Shown here: positions 44,405 through 54,400 of the stretch, in pieces
Layout: every line of letters begins with the position of its first letter
How positions within the stretch are numbered: position 1 is the stretch's first letter
DNA from: Gammaproteobacteria bacterium
Lineage (GTDB): Bacteria > Pseudomonadota > Gammaproteobacteria > Acidiferrobacterales > SZUA-150
DNA: 64,000 nucleotides
Reading direction: 5' to 3'
NCBI GenBank assembly: GCA_029880545.1
Contig: JAOUOD010000007.1
Coordinates: 134,354-198,353, forward strand
The notes under the pieces: generated by a model
What the model was told of the DNA's origin: nothing
The model's input: only the letters and a program-made list of their open reading frames with translations
Databases searched by the model: none
Position numbers and translations under genes: made by a program

Positions 44405-44905
44405 TTGATGGATGACTCGTTGGAAAGAATGCAAGGAAAGGCTGTATTTCATCCCGCAAATCTCGATCGCGATCTTGAGTTATGCGTGGAATTCAGGCGC
44501 GACTCGTTTCGCTCCAGTTTCCCGGGGTCGGACCAGTGGCAGCAATACTGGAACGAGCAGGACTACAGGCAGTTTATCGTCAGTCATGCGGAGCGTTTCC
44601 CCGATGGTCTGCTGCACCTTTGGCAGGAGCAGAAAATCATTGGCCAGCTGGAATTTGCCTATATCGGCGACAATGGTCATGTGAACCTGTTTTACCTGCT
44701 GCCGGAATACCGGGGCAAGGGTTACGGCGATTTATTGCATGACAGGGCGGTTACCGTGTTACGCGAGAAAGGTTGTACCACGGCCAGCCTGCGCGTAGCA
44801 CCGTCCAATGCGCGCGCCATTGGTTTTTACAAAAAATATGGCTGGCAGAATCAGGGCATCGATCAGCACTATGATTTTGTGCACATGTTCATATTGAACT
44901 TGTAG
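44405..44905 (+). CDS. GNAT family N-acetyltransferase
   Basis: 166 aa. The motif is LLPEYRGKGYGDLLHDRAV...NARAIGFYKKYGW. Confidence 0.85.
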   Translation: MMDDSLERMQGKAVFHPANLDRDLELCVEFRRDSFRSSFPGSDQWQQYWNEQDYRQFIVSHAERFPDGLLHLWQEQKIIGQLEFAYIGDNGHVNLFYLLPEYRGKGYGDLLHDRAVTVLREKGCTTASLRVAPSNARAIGFYKKYGWQNQGIDQHYDFVHMFILNL

Positions 44906-44930
44906 TCTATCGAACGCGACTGGAGCGGAT

Positions 44931-45410
44931 ATGAAGCCATTTCTGAATATCGATGAACTTGATGATTTCGAGACGCACGAAAGAGACGGCTTTGCCGAGA
45001 GGTGCGCGAGTATTGGCGACAAGATCGGTTCCGTGAAGCTGGGTTACAGTATCAGCATTGTTCCGCCGGGCAAGAAAGTCTGCCCGTTTCACAATCATCG
45101 CATTAACGAGGAAATGTTCCTGGTACTGGAAGGTGAGGGCACCTTGCGATTCGGTGACAAGGAGTACGCCATCAGGAAACACGATATTATTGCCTGTCCT
45201 CCGGGTGGGCGGGATGTGGCGCACCAGATAATCAATACCAGTAACAGCGATATCAGGTATTTGTGTCTAAGTACCAATGAACCTCATGATATTTGTGAGT
45301 ACCCGGATTCCAACAAGATGTTGGCGATGACGGGAAAGCCGGGTAATCGTGACTTTAGTCATATATGCGATATGAGCCAGCAAGCAGATTATTTTGATGG
45401 TGAATCCTGA
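44931..45410 (+). CDS. cupin domain protein
   Basis: 159 aa. The cupin motifs are PFHNHRINEEMFLVLEGEG and HDIIACPPGG..AHQIIN. Confidence 0.8.
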   Translation: MKPFLNIDELDDFETHERDGFAERCASIGDKIGSVKLGYSISIVPPGKKVCPFHNHRINEEMFLVLEGEGTLRFGDKEYAIRKHDIIACPPGGRDVAHQIINTSNSDIRYLCLSTNEPHDICEYPDSNKMLAMTGKPGNRDFSHICDMSQQADYFDGES

Positions 45411-45413
45411 ACG

Positions 45414-45764
45414 ATGAAAGTGATTGTGACCAGGGCACACCGGTCCAGTTACCCGGAGCCAGTTTCATTTGCAGAAGGTGACAGGATCAGGGTTGGGCGT
45501 GAGGACACGGAATTCCCGGGCTGGGTGTGGATTACTGACAGCACGGACCGAGAAGGCTGGGCACCACTGGATTACTTGCAAATCAATAATACCGATGGCG
45601 AAGCCATCGCATTGGCGAACTACGATGCCACCGAGTTGAATACGGTTGAGGGTGAAGAATTGCATGTGCACCAGGAATTGAATCAGTGGTATCGGGCGGA
45701 GAATGCCCGCGGCGGTTGTGGCTGGGTGCCGGTGAACACAACAGTACCCAGGCAAGACAAGTAG
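45414..45764 (+). CDS. SH3-like domain protein
   Basis: 116 aa. Two SH3-like units are visible (FAEGDRIRVG...GWVWITD..GWAPLDYL and GEELHVHQELNQWYRAENARGGCGWVP). Confidence 0.6.
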   Translation: MKVIVTRAHRSSYPEPVSFAEGDRIRVGREDTEFPGWVWITDSTDREGWAPLDYLQINNTDGEAIALANYDATELNTVEGEELHVHQELNQWYRAENARGGCGWVPVNTTVPRQDK

Positions 45765-45791
45765 ATTATTCTGAGGATTGCCGCTCACGCT

Positions 45792-46631
45792 GTGGAGCAA
45801 AAGATGATTGGTGAAATCAACCATAACAAGGTGGAAAACCTGTTGCGCGAAGCGGCGGCTGAAGAAATCATGCCGCGCTGGAAGAATCTGCGTGATCATG
45901 AGGTAGAGCAAAAGGCGCAAAATGATGTGGTCACCGCCGCGGATCATGGCTGTGAAAAGTTCCTGGCTGCGCGGTTGCCGGATGTATTGCCGGGTTCAGT
46001 GGTGATTGGCGAGGAGAGTGTACACGCCAACCCGGACCTGGTGCATATATTGAGAACCGACATGCCGGTGTGGGTGGTGGACCCGCTCGACGGCACGCGG
46101 AACTTTGTTGCTGGTAAACCAACGTTTGCCATCATGTTGTGCCTGATGCATGAGGGTGAAACCCGTGGCGCCTGGATTTATCAACCGGTTGCCGATGTGC
46201 TGGTGTCGGCGGAATCGGCAAGTGGCTGTTATCTTGGTGACAAGCGATTGCAGATAAGTGACGCGATGTTGCCCCTTGATGAAATGGAAGGCGCGTTACT
46301 GACCGGGTTCCTGCCCGATGATTTGCGACCGGCTGCCGAGTCCGGCGCGGCCAGCCTCAAGGCTACTCACCGGTCGTTCTGTGCCGGTCATGATTATACC
46401 GCCATGGTGATGGGTCAGCTTCAGTTCCTGTTTTATTACCGAACGCTCATTTGGGATCACGCGCCGGGTGCCTTGATGGTGCAGGAAGCCGGTGGCATTG
46501 CTGCGCACTTTGATGGCTTGCCTTATCGGCCTGTTGATGAGCGCAAAGGCCTGTTATGCACAAGTAACCGGGAGAACTGGATGCAATTGCAGCAATTACT
46601 GGTGCCGTCGGTGAAACTGGTCAATGCTTAA
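45792..46631 (+). CDS. inositol monophosphatase family protein
   Basis: 279 aa. VIGEES...WVVDPLDGTRNF is the IMPase metal-binding signature. WDHAPG lies near the C-terminus. The start may be the ATG at 45804. Confidence 0.85.
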   Translation: MEQKMIGEINHNKVENLLREAAAEEIMPRWKNLRDHEVEQKAQNDVVTAADHGCEKFLAARLPDVLPGSVVIGEESVHANPDLVHILRTDMPVWVVDPLDGTRNFVAGKPTFAIMLCLMHEGETRGAWIYQPVADVLVSAESASGCYLGDKRLQISDAMLPLDEMEGALLTGFLPDDLRPAAESGAASLKATHRSFCAGHDYTAMVMGQLQFLFYYRTLIWDHAPGALMVQEAGGIAAHFDGLPYRPVDERKGLLCTSNRENWMQLQQLLVPSVKLVNA

Positions 46632-46649
46632 TAAAGGGCGGATAAAAAC

Positions 46650-47129
46650 ATGACAGTGCTGGTGCCGATGGAACAACATGAATTCGAGGACTTTCGCCGG
46701 AGTTCCGTTAACCAGTTCGCCCGGTCCAGCATCAAAGCGGGGCTGTGCGATGATGACGATGCGCTATCGTTTGCCGAAAACCAGTTTTCACGATTGCTGC
46801 CTAATGGCATCGATACGCCCGGGCATTATATCAGCAACATTGTCTGCCCGGATAATGGAGATGCTGTCGGCGTGATGTGGTTTGCCGTAGAACCCCAGGG
46901 CAGGAACGGCTGCGCCTATGTATACGATATTTCGGTATCGGAAAAGCATCGTCGACAGGGCTATGCGCAACAGGCGTTTGCGGAGATGGAGTCTATTGTT
47001 CGCACACTCGGCATGAACAGGATTGATCTGCATGTGTTTGCCTGGAACGCGGGAGCCATCGAGCTGTATAAAAAGATGGGCTTTGAAGTTACCGGTATGA
47101 ATATGACCCGAAGACTGGACAAGCCATAG
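46650..47129 (+). CDS. GNAT family N-acetyltransferase
   Basis: 159 aa. The motif is ISVSEKHRRQGYAQQAFAEME...NAGAIELYKKMGF. Confidence 0.85.
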   Translation: MTVLVPMEQHEFEDFRRSSVNQFARSSIKAGLCDDDDALSFAENQFSRLLPNGIDTPGHYISNIVCPDNGDAVGVMWFAVEPQGRNGCAYVYDISVSEKHRRQGYAQQAFAEMESIVRTLGMNRIDLHVFAWNAGAIELYKKMGFEVTGMNMTRRLDKP

Positions 47130-47173
47130 TTGGCAGCCGGGGAAGGTGTTGCGCGTCGGCGCGGGGTAGTTAC

Positions 47174-47965
47174 CTATCCGGCAGGCAAATAGATTGCGCC
47201 CTGGTCAGTATTCAGCTGTTCGAATTTGCAGCCATAAAGTCTTGCCAGTGTTTCCGTGTCCAGGCAACCAGGTAACGTACCGGTTTCAATATGTCCATTC
47301 TCGAATATCATCAGTGCATGACTGCAATAGCGCAATGCCAGGTTGATATCGTGCAGAATAAACAGGTTCAGGTGCCCCGGCGTTTTTGCCCGCGTAGCGA
47401 AGCGTTCCAGCACCGAAACCTGGTGGCGAAGGTCCAGGTCATTGGTGGCTTCATCAAGCATGCAGATGGGCGCATCCTGTGCCAGCAAGGTGGCGATGTC
47501 GGCGCGCCGTCTTTCACCGCCTGACAGGCTGGTAATGTCGCGATCAACCATGTGATCAAGTGCCATGTGCCTGATCGCATCCATGGCCAGTTGCCGGTCA
47601 GTATCGGACTCCATTGGCAGGAACCGTTGCCAGCCATGATCCGGTGCATGGGGATGGCGACCGGCCAGCGCAGTTTCCAGCACGGTTGCCGGAAAGATTT
47701 CCATGTCCTGGAACAGTACGCCGATGTTGCGAGCGCGTTGTTTTGGCGCATAACTCGACAGCCGCACATCGTTGAGCAATACATCGCCGGCATCGGCCGG
47801 GCGCAACCCGGCCAGCGTGTGCAACAACCGGGTTTTGCCGCTGCCATTGGCGCCCAGGATGGCCCAGTTCTGGCCGGCTTCAAATTCAACGTTCAGGTTA
47901 TCGCACAGGCAACGACTGTTGTTGCCATGAGCATAAAGCGCCAGGTTGCGGGCTGCCAGTTTCAT
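47174..47965 (-). CDS. ABC transporter ATP-binding protein (FecE/BtuD-type)
   Basis: Walker A is GANGSGKT, the signature is LSGGERRR and Walker B is ICMLDEATNDLD. The gene overlaps the permease gene by 4 nt. Confidence 0.9.
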   Translation of the reverse strand: MKLAARNLALYAHGNNSRCLCDNLNVEFEAGQNWAILGANGSGKTRLLHTLAGLRPADAGDVLLNDVRLSSYAPKQRARNIGVLFQDMEIFPATVLETALAGRHPHAPDHGWQRFLPMESDTDRQLAMDAIRHMALDHMVDRDITSLSGGERRRADIATLLAQDAPICMLDEATNDLDLRHQVSVLERFATRAKTPGHLNLFILHDINLALRYCSHALMIFENGHIETGTLPGCLDTETLARLYGCKFEQLNTDQGAIYLPAG

Positions 47966-48942
47966 GATCGGTTGCCCGGCTTGCGACTCATCAAGTAGAG
48001 AAACACCGGCACACCGATCAACGCGGTAATCACACCTACCGGCAATTGCACAGGCGCAACCACGGTGCGTGACAGTGTATCGGCGAGCACCAGGAAACTG
48101 CCGCCAAGCAATACCGATTGCGGCAACAGGATGCGATGATCGGTGCTGCCGACAAGTCTCAACATGTGCGGAATAATCAAGCCAACAAAGCCGATACTGC
48201 CGGCAACGGTAATGGCGCTGGCAGTGAGTAGCGATGCCAGCACATAGACCTGCATGCGCAGGCGCACCGGGTTTTCACCGAGTGCCGCCGCTGCCAGTTC
48301 ACCGCGCGCCAGTCGATTCAGTGAGCCACCCAGTGGCCAGCTCAATATGAAACCTGTGGCCAATATAACCAGTGCGAGGTAGGGCTGGCTGCTTCCGGCG
48401 AGGTCACCCATGAGCCAGAACAACATGCCGTGCAGGTTGTGGCCGGGTGCGACGGCGAGAATAAAACTGATTACCGCGCCCCAGCCGGCGGCAACGATCA
48501 CGCCGGTGAGCAACAACCGTGTGGGCGTCCAGCTTTGTTGTCGATGCAACAGTCCGAATACCAGGAACATGGACAACAAGGCGCCGCCAAACGCCAGTGA
48601 ATGCAACACCAGTCCGGCCACGCCGGCGAGCATGCCCAGCAAGGTGGCCACGGCGGCGCCGCCGGATATACCTAATATATATGGGTCGGCAAGCGGGTTG
48701 CGCAGCAGTACCTGCAGCAATGCGCCGGACAGTGCCAGCAGGCCACCGACGGCAAATGCCGACAGTGCCCGCGGCAGGCGCAAGTCATAGATAATGGCAT
48801 CATGCGCGGTGGCGGCCGTAATACTGTGCCAGATGCCGGTCCAGCCAATGTCGACACTGCCCATTCGCAAGGCCAGCAACAGCACAACCGGTATGGCTGC
48901 CAGCAGGACCAGGGTAATGGCAAGGCTGCGGCGCGTAATCAT
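47962..48942 (-). CDS. FecCD-family ABC permease (BtuC-like)
   Basis: Track ORF 47962..49020. The likely start is the ATG at 48942 (MITRRSLAITLVLL). ~326 aa, polytopic, with GPIGFVGLIIPH-type block SIGFVGLIIPHMLR. Confidence 0.85.
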   Translation of the reverse strand: MITRRSLAITLVLLAAIPVVLLLALRMGSVDIGWTGIWHSITAATAHDAIIYDLRLPRALSAFAVGGLLALSGALLQVLLRNPLADPYILGISGGAAVATLLGMLAGVAGLVLHSLAFGGALLSMFLVFGLLHRQQSWTPTRLLLTGVIVAAGWGAVISFILAVAPGHNLHGMLFWLMGDLAGSSQPYLALVILATGFILSWPLGGSLNRLARGELAAAALGENPVRLRMQVYVLASLLTASAITVAGSIGFVGLIIPHMLRLVGSTDHRILLPQSVLLGGSFLVLADTLSRTVVAPVQLPVGVITALIGVPVFLYLMSRKPGNRS

Positions 48943-48949
48943 GACCGAA

Positions 48950-49615
48950 CTATTCGCCCTGCGGGTGCAGTTGCAGGATCGGCCAGCCAGCCGCTTCGGC
49001 GTGGCTGCGCAAGGTGGCATCGGGATTGACGGCTACCGGGTGGCTGACTTCCTTGAGCAAGGGCAGATCGTTATGTGAGTCACTGTAAAACCAACTGCCA
49101 TCCAGCGTAGCGTCGTGTTCATCCAGCCAGGCATGCAAGCGTTCAACCTTGCCGTGCTGAAAACACGGAATGCCGCTGACCCGGCCGGTGTAGCGTCCAT
49201 CCTGCTGTTCCGGCTCGGTGGCCAGCAGGTATTCAATACCCAACTCACGGGCAATGGGTTCGGTGACAAAGCGGTTGGTGGCGGTAATGATCATCAAGGT
49301 GTCACCTTGTTGCCGGTGGCGATTAACCAGCGCCCTCGCATCATCAGTAATCATGGGCAGGATGTCGTCAGTCATAAACTGTGCATGCAAAACATTCAAT
49401 CGCTCCGGCGCCAGCTCCGAAAGTGGCTTCAGGGCAAAAGCCAGGAACTCCATGATATCCAGTGTGCCGTCTTTGTATTGTTCATAGTAGCGCTGGTTTT
49501 CACGGGCATAATAGTCGCCGTCAACGATGTTATTGCTCACAAGAAACTGCCCCCAGGCGACGTCGCTGTCTCCTGCCAGCAGGGTGTTGTCCAGATCAAA
49601 AATTGCCAAAGCCAA
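48950..49615 (-). CDS. HAD-IB family hydrolase
   Basis: 221 aa. Motif I is IFDLDNTLL. The other motifs are IITATN and YSDSHNDLPLL. It is divergent from rppH. Confidence 0.85.
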   Translation of the reverse strand: MALAIFDLDNTLLAGDSDVAWGQFLVSNNIVDGDYYARENQRYYEQYKDGTLDIMEFLAFALKPLSELAPERLNVLHAQFMTDDILPMITDDARALVNRHRQQGDTLMIITATNRFVTEPIARELGIEYLLATEPEQQDGRYTGRVSGIPCFQHGKVERLHAWLDEHDATLDGSWFYSDSHNDLPLLKEVSHPVAVNPDATLRSHAEAAGWPILQLHPQGE

Positions 49616-49773
49616 AGTCGGTTCTCCATTGATCGCAAAAGCTGCACAAGCATAGTGGGCTTTGGCGGATTAGGCAAAAAGCCCTGCCGGACAAAGTCGT
49701 CGCACGTTGCAGCCGGGTACGTATCATGAAAAAATTGCGTGAAACTAATGAGTTGTGGTCGAGTGCGACGAAT

Positions 49774-50295
49774 ATGGCAGTAATTGACCGGAAGGGATAC
49801 CGACCGAACGTGGGTATTGTCCTTTGTAATAGCGCCCGCGAGGTTTTCTGGGCGTGTCGAATCGGGCGTACGGGTTGGCAGTTTCCCCAGGGCGGTATCG
49901 ACGAAAACGAAGACCCGGAGCAGGCCATGTACCGGGAACTGTACGAAGAGATCGGGCTGCAGCCTGATCACATTGAAATCATTGGCCGCACTCGTGACTG
50001 GCTGTACTATGATCTGCCGGAACAATTCCTGCGTCGGCCGCGTTCTGGCAGGCAGGGAAAGCCGCGCCCGGGTCGGCAACATGATCCGCGTTTTCGGGGT
50101 CAGAAACAGGTGTGGTTCCTGTTGAAGCTGGTTTGCGAGGAAACCGAGGTCTGCCTGTCGCGCAGCAAGAAGCCGGAGTTCGAAGATTGGCAGTGGGTTC
50201 ACTACTGGCAACCGGTAGAGCAGGTGATCGAATTCAAACGCGATGTGTATCACAGGGCGCTGGAGGAACTGGAGCCCTTTCTTGAGCATATATAA
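49774..50295 (+). CDS. rppH: RNA pyrophosphohydrolase RppH (NudH)
   Basis: The likely start is the ATG at 49774. GYRPNVGIVLCN...WQFPQGGIDENEDPEQAMYRELYEEIGL (Nudix box) and GQKQVWFLL...FKRDVY are colinear with E. coli RppH. Confidence 0.9.
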   Translation: MAVIDRKGYRPNVGIVLCNSAREVFWACRIGRTGWQFPQGGIDENEDPEQAMYRELYEEIGLQPDHIEIIGRTRDWLYYDLPEQFLRRPRSGRQGKPRPGRQHDPRFRGQKQVWFLLKLVCEETEVCLSRSKKPEFEDWQWVHYWQPVEQVIEFKRDVYHRALEELEPFLEHI

Positions 50296-51468
50296 ATGAT
50301 AAATCACTTCTGCGGGCTGGGCAGGGTTGCCCGCATTCTGGCAATCGCGCTGATGCCTGTTTTGCTGGCAGGGTTGAACGCTTGCTCGGATTCCAACAAG
50401 GGTAAAACCCGCGCCGATGGCAAGCCGCACCTGGTCGAGGTGTCGGCGGCCCGGTTTGAGCGTCTTGGTCAGACGGCGGAGCGCACCGGCAGCCTTCGCG
50501 CCCTGCAAAGTGCCAAACTGTTTAACCAGGAAGAAGGGCGGGTTACCGAAGTCCGCGTCCGCGAAGGCGACGTGGTCCAGCGCAACGACATCCTGGCGAC
50601 TCTCGATGACCGGCTGCTCAGCGCCGAGTACAACAAGGCCGACGCCGGCCTGCGCCAGGCACGGCAGGACCTCCATCGACTGGAGCAGCTCAAGGAGAAA
50701 CAGCTGGTTTCGGAAGAGGCGTTGAGCCGGGCACGAACCGCTTTCGATGTCGCATCAGCCGAGTACAAGGTGCTGAAAACACGGCTTGACTACACCCGGG
50801 TACGTGCGCCGTTTGACGGTACCATAGCCCAGAGGCTGGTGGAGCCGGGTGATGTGGCGCCCAAGCATACGCACATGCTGACACTGGTTGATCCTTCATT
50901 GTTGATCACCGATGTGCCGGTATCCGAGCTGGAGCTGCCCTCGGTCAGCGTTGGCGGGAACGCCTTTGTCAGTATTGATGCGCTGGGCAAGCAGTCGTTC
51001 AAAGGCAAGGTGCTGCGTATCCATCCCACGATTGACCCGGCAACACGTCTTGGTCGTATTGAGGTGGCGCTGGACCCGGTTCCGCAAGGTGCGCGTGCCG
51101 GACAGTTTTGTCGCGTCAGTCTTGAAACCAGCGCCGAGCAGCGCTTGCTGGTGCCGTTCGCAGCTTTGCGTCGGGACCAGGATGGAGAATTCATTTATGT
51201 TGTCGGCAAGGACAGCAAGATTCAGAAGCGTATGGTCATAAGCGGCGTTCGCATGACTGACAAGGTGGAAGTTCGCAGCGGCCTTCAGCCGGGTGACCAG
51301 GCGGTAACACGCGGGTTCCTCGGCCTGGATGAAGGCAAGACAGTCAAGGTAGTAGGACAGGCAAGCACGGCGGACACGGAAAAGGCGCCGCAACAGCAAA
51401 ACGAAAACAAGACACCGGAAGGGAAGTCGTCCAAACCCGAACAAGGCAAACTCGACAAACATGCGTAA
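50296..51468 (+). CDS. RND efflux periplasmic adaptor (MFP) lipoprotein
   Basis: 390 aa. The lipobox is LAGLNA-C. It has a coiled-coil hairpin region and a YTRVRAPFDGTIAQRLVEPGDVV-type lipoyl motif. The C-terminal tail is Lys/Glu-rich. Confidence 0.9.
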   Translation: MINHFCGLGRVARILAIALMPVLLAGLNACSDSNKGKTRADGKPHLVEVSAARFERLGQTAERTGSLRALQSAKLFNQEEGRVTEVRVREGDVVQRNDILATLDDRLLSAEYNKADAGLRQARQDLHRLEQLKEKQLVSEEALSRARTAFDVASAEYKVLKTRLDYTRVRAPFDGTIAQRLVEPGDVAPKHTHMLTLVDPSLLITDVPVSELELPSVSVGGNAFVSIDALGKQSFKGKVLRIHPTIDPATRLGRIEVALDPVPQGARAGQFCRVSLETSAEQRLLVPFAALRRDQDGEFIYVVGKDSKIQKRMVISGVRMTDKVEVRSGLQPGDQAVTRGFLGLDEGKTVKVVGQASTADTEKAPQQQNENKTPEGKSSKPEQGKLDKHA

Positions 51469-54400
51469 AGGCGGACTGGCCAGCTGGTCAATTCATCACC
51501 CGGTAAGCACCGTGATGCTTACGCTCACCGCCATTGTTCTTGGCGCGTTTTCGCTCGGACAGCTTTCTACTGACCTGTTGCCCAAGCTGGTGTACCCGCA
51601 AATCGGTGTTCGTATCAATGATCCCGGTGTGTCCGCGCGTATCATGGAAGACCGGGTAACGCGACAACTGGAAGAGCAGCTCTCTATTGTTGAAGATGCC
51701 ATTGGTGTTGAAACCCAGACTGGCGAAGGCAGCGTCTGGTTGAGCCTGCATTTTGAGTATGGCAAGGATGTCGATGTTGCCTTGCGCGACGCCAGCACCC
51801 GGCTTGATCGTGCACGCCGGTTCCTGCCCGATACCATAGACCCGCCGGTAATATTCAAGTACGACCCGTCACAAATTCCGGTTCTGGAATTTGTTGTCAG
51901 TTCATCCTTGCGTGACACGGTACAGCTGCGCAGCTGGGCCGATTACGATTTTGGTCGCCGCTTTATTAACCTGCCTGGTGTTGCCGCGGCAGAGATCGGT
52001 GGCGGGCTGGAGCGCGAAATCCACGTGATGCCGGACCAGCGTCGGTTGGCCGGTCTTGGTTTGTCTATCGAGCATGTCATTAACGCCATCCGTGAAGGCA
52101 ATCGTGATGAGCCGTCCGGACGCCTGTTGATGTCGCGGCAGGAGTTTGGCAGCCGTACCTCGGGGCGCCTCAGCAGTATCGAGGCCATTGCCGCGCTGCC
52201 CTTGCGCATTGCTGATGGCCAGAGCATACCGCTGTCAGAAGTGGCGCAGGTTGTCGATACCCACCAGGATGAGCGCTTGCGGGTTCGCTATAACGGTCAG
52301 CCCGGAATCAAGATGTCGATCCAGAAGCAGCCGGAAGCCAATACCATTGACGTGGCGCAACTGGTGAAGTCACGCATGGCCTGGATGGATGCCAACGGCA
52401 TGATCCCGGAAGATATACAGGTGCATACGGTTACGGATCAGTCATTGTATGTACAACGTGCGTTGAGCAATGCCGTCATGGCCGCGTTAAGCGGTGCCGT
52501 GCTGGCCATGATTGTTGTCTATCTTTTCCTTGGTAATATTCGCGGTACCCTGATTATCGGCAGCGCCATTCCGATTTCCATCATGCTGACTTTTGTGCTG
52601 ATGTCACTGGGCGGCCTTACTTTTAATATTATGACGCTTGGTGGCCTGGCGCTGGGTGTCGGTATGCTGATCGACAATACCATAGTCATGCTGGAGAACA
52701 TTGCCCGGCACAAGAAAGAAAAACATATTGATACGGAAAATGTTGCCAGCCCCAGGTCAGCGGACCTTGAGCGTGCACGCGAGGTGTCTACCGAGGCAGC
52801 ATCTGAAGTAAACAGCGCCATTGTTGCCGCGACAACCACCAATCTTGCCGCGGTCCTGCCGTTCCTGTTTGTCGGCGGCCTTGTCGGGCTATTGTTCAAG
52901 GAGCTGATTTTCACTATCTCTGCCGCTATCGTTGGGTCGCTGGTGGTGGCATTGACCCTGGTACCCAGTCTCGCTGCACGCATGCGCAATTACGAAGGCA
53001 ATGTTCTGTACCGCAAGGTGGATTCAATGGTGGCTCGCACCGCGACGGTTTATAGCGGGTTTATCAGGAAGTGCCTGGACTGGCCGGTCCGGATATTGCT
53101 GGGCTCCTCGGTGTTGTTGTTTGTTATTTTGCTGTTCATGTTTAACCCGAACAAGCAGGATTTTCTGCCCAGCATGGATGATGGCAACATTGTAATTGAC
53201 GTTACCCTTGATACCGGTATTGCGTTTGAAGAAATGGATCGGCGCACCCGCGAGCTCGAAGACCTGGTGCACAAGCAAGGCGATGTTGAGGGTGTCTTTA
53301 CCCTGGCCGGTGGCCGGATTTTTGGTCGCAGCGAACGTTATATCAGCAACAGTTCGACATTGAACGTGCAGCTGGTTCCGCTGGCCCAGCGTGATATCAG
53401 CGCCGAAGACTGGATCAAGAAATTCCAGGGCGCGGTGGCCAAGGCGCAACTGGCCGGTGTGCGCCTGCGTCCGCAAGTGCGCGGTGTTCGCGGCCTGCGT
53501 ACGTCGAGCCGTGGCGAAGACGACGTCAGTGTCCGGGTTGAAGGGCCGGACCTGGACACGTTGACGAGCATTGGCGACCAGTTGATCAAGCTGCTTGATG
53601 GTGTTGCCGGAACCCGTAACGTCAGGCACTCGGCGGAAGACCGGCTGCAGGAGTTTGCCATCAATATTGATCGTAACCGCGCTGTTGAACTGGATATCGA
53701 TGTAGCCGATGTAGCGCGCGCACTGCAGGTGGCGCTTGAAGGTCTGGTGATCAGCGAATACCTTGAGGGTGATCGCAGCTACGATATTCGCGTGCGCTTG
53801 CCACGTGCCGAGATCAACAGCCCGGATTCGGTCGGCAATATCCTGTTGTTCGGTGAAACGGGCAAGCGCCCGGCCATCTACCTGCGCGACGTGGCCCGCG
53901 CCGAACTGGTACCGGTGCCATCATCTATCAAGCGCGAGAACCAGGTGCGTATTGTAGAAGTCAGTGCTTCGCTGACCAAGGACCGGCCGTTGGGCGAGGT
54001 AATGGCCGAGGTTGAGAAACGGGTTTCAGGCTATACCGTGCCTGCAGGTTATTCGCTTTATTTCAGTGGCTCTGACCAGACGCTGAAACAGGGCAAGTCC
54101 ATGGCCTACATTCTCCTTGGCCTGGCACTGTTCCTGGTATTCGTGGTCATGGCGGTGCAGTATGAATCGCTGCGCAATCCTGCCGTAATCCTGGTTTGTG
54201 CGCCGTATTCACTGGTAGGCGTATTTTTTGCACTGTTTATTACCCGAACCGACCTATCGATGCCGGTATGGCTCGGCATTATCATGCTTGTCGGTATAGT
54301 CGTGAACAATGCCATCGTGCTGGTGGAATACATTGAGATGTCGCGCCAGAAGGGGCTTGCCACAATCGAGGCTATTGTCATGGCCGGGCGCTTGCGTTTG

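Noticed and set aside
49537-50676. A 379-aa minus-strand ORF.
   Set aside because: It lies antisense to the well-supported rppH gene and the start of the MFP gene. It has no recognisable motifs and is typical of spurious ORFs in GC-rich coding DNA.
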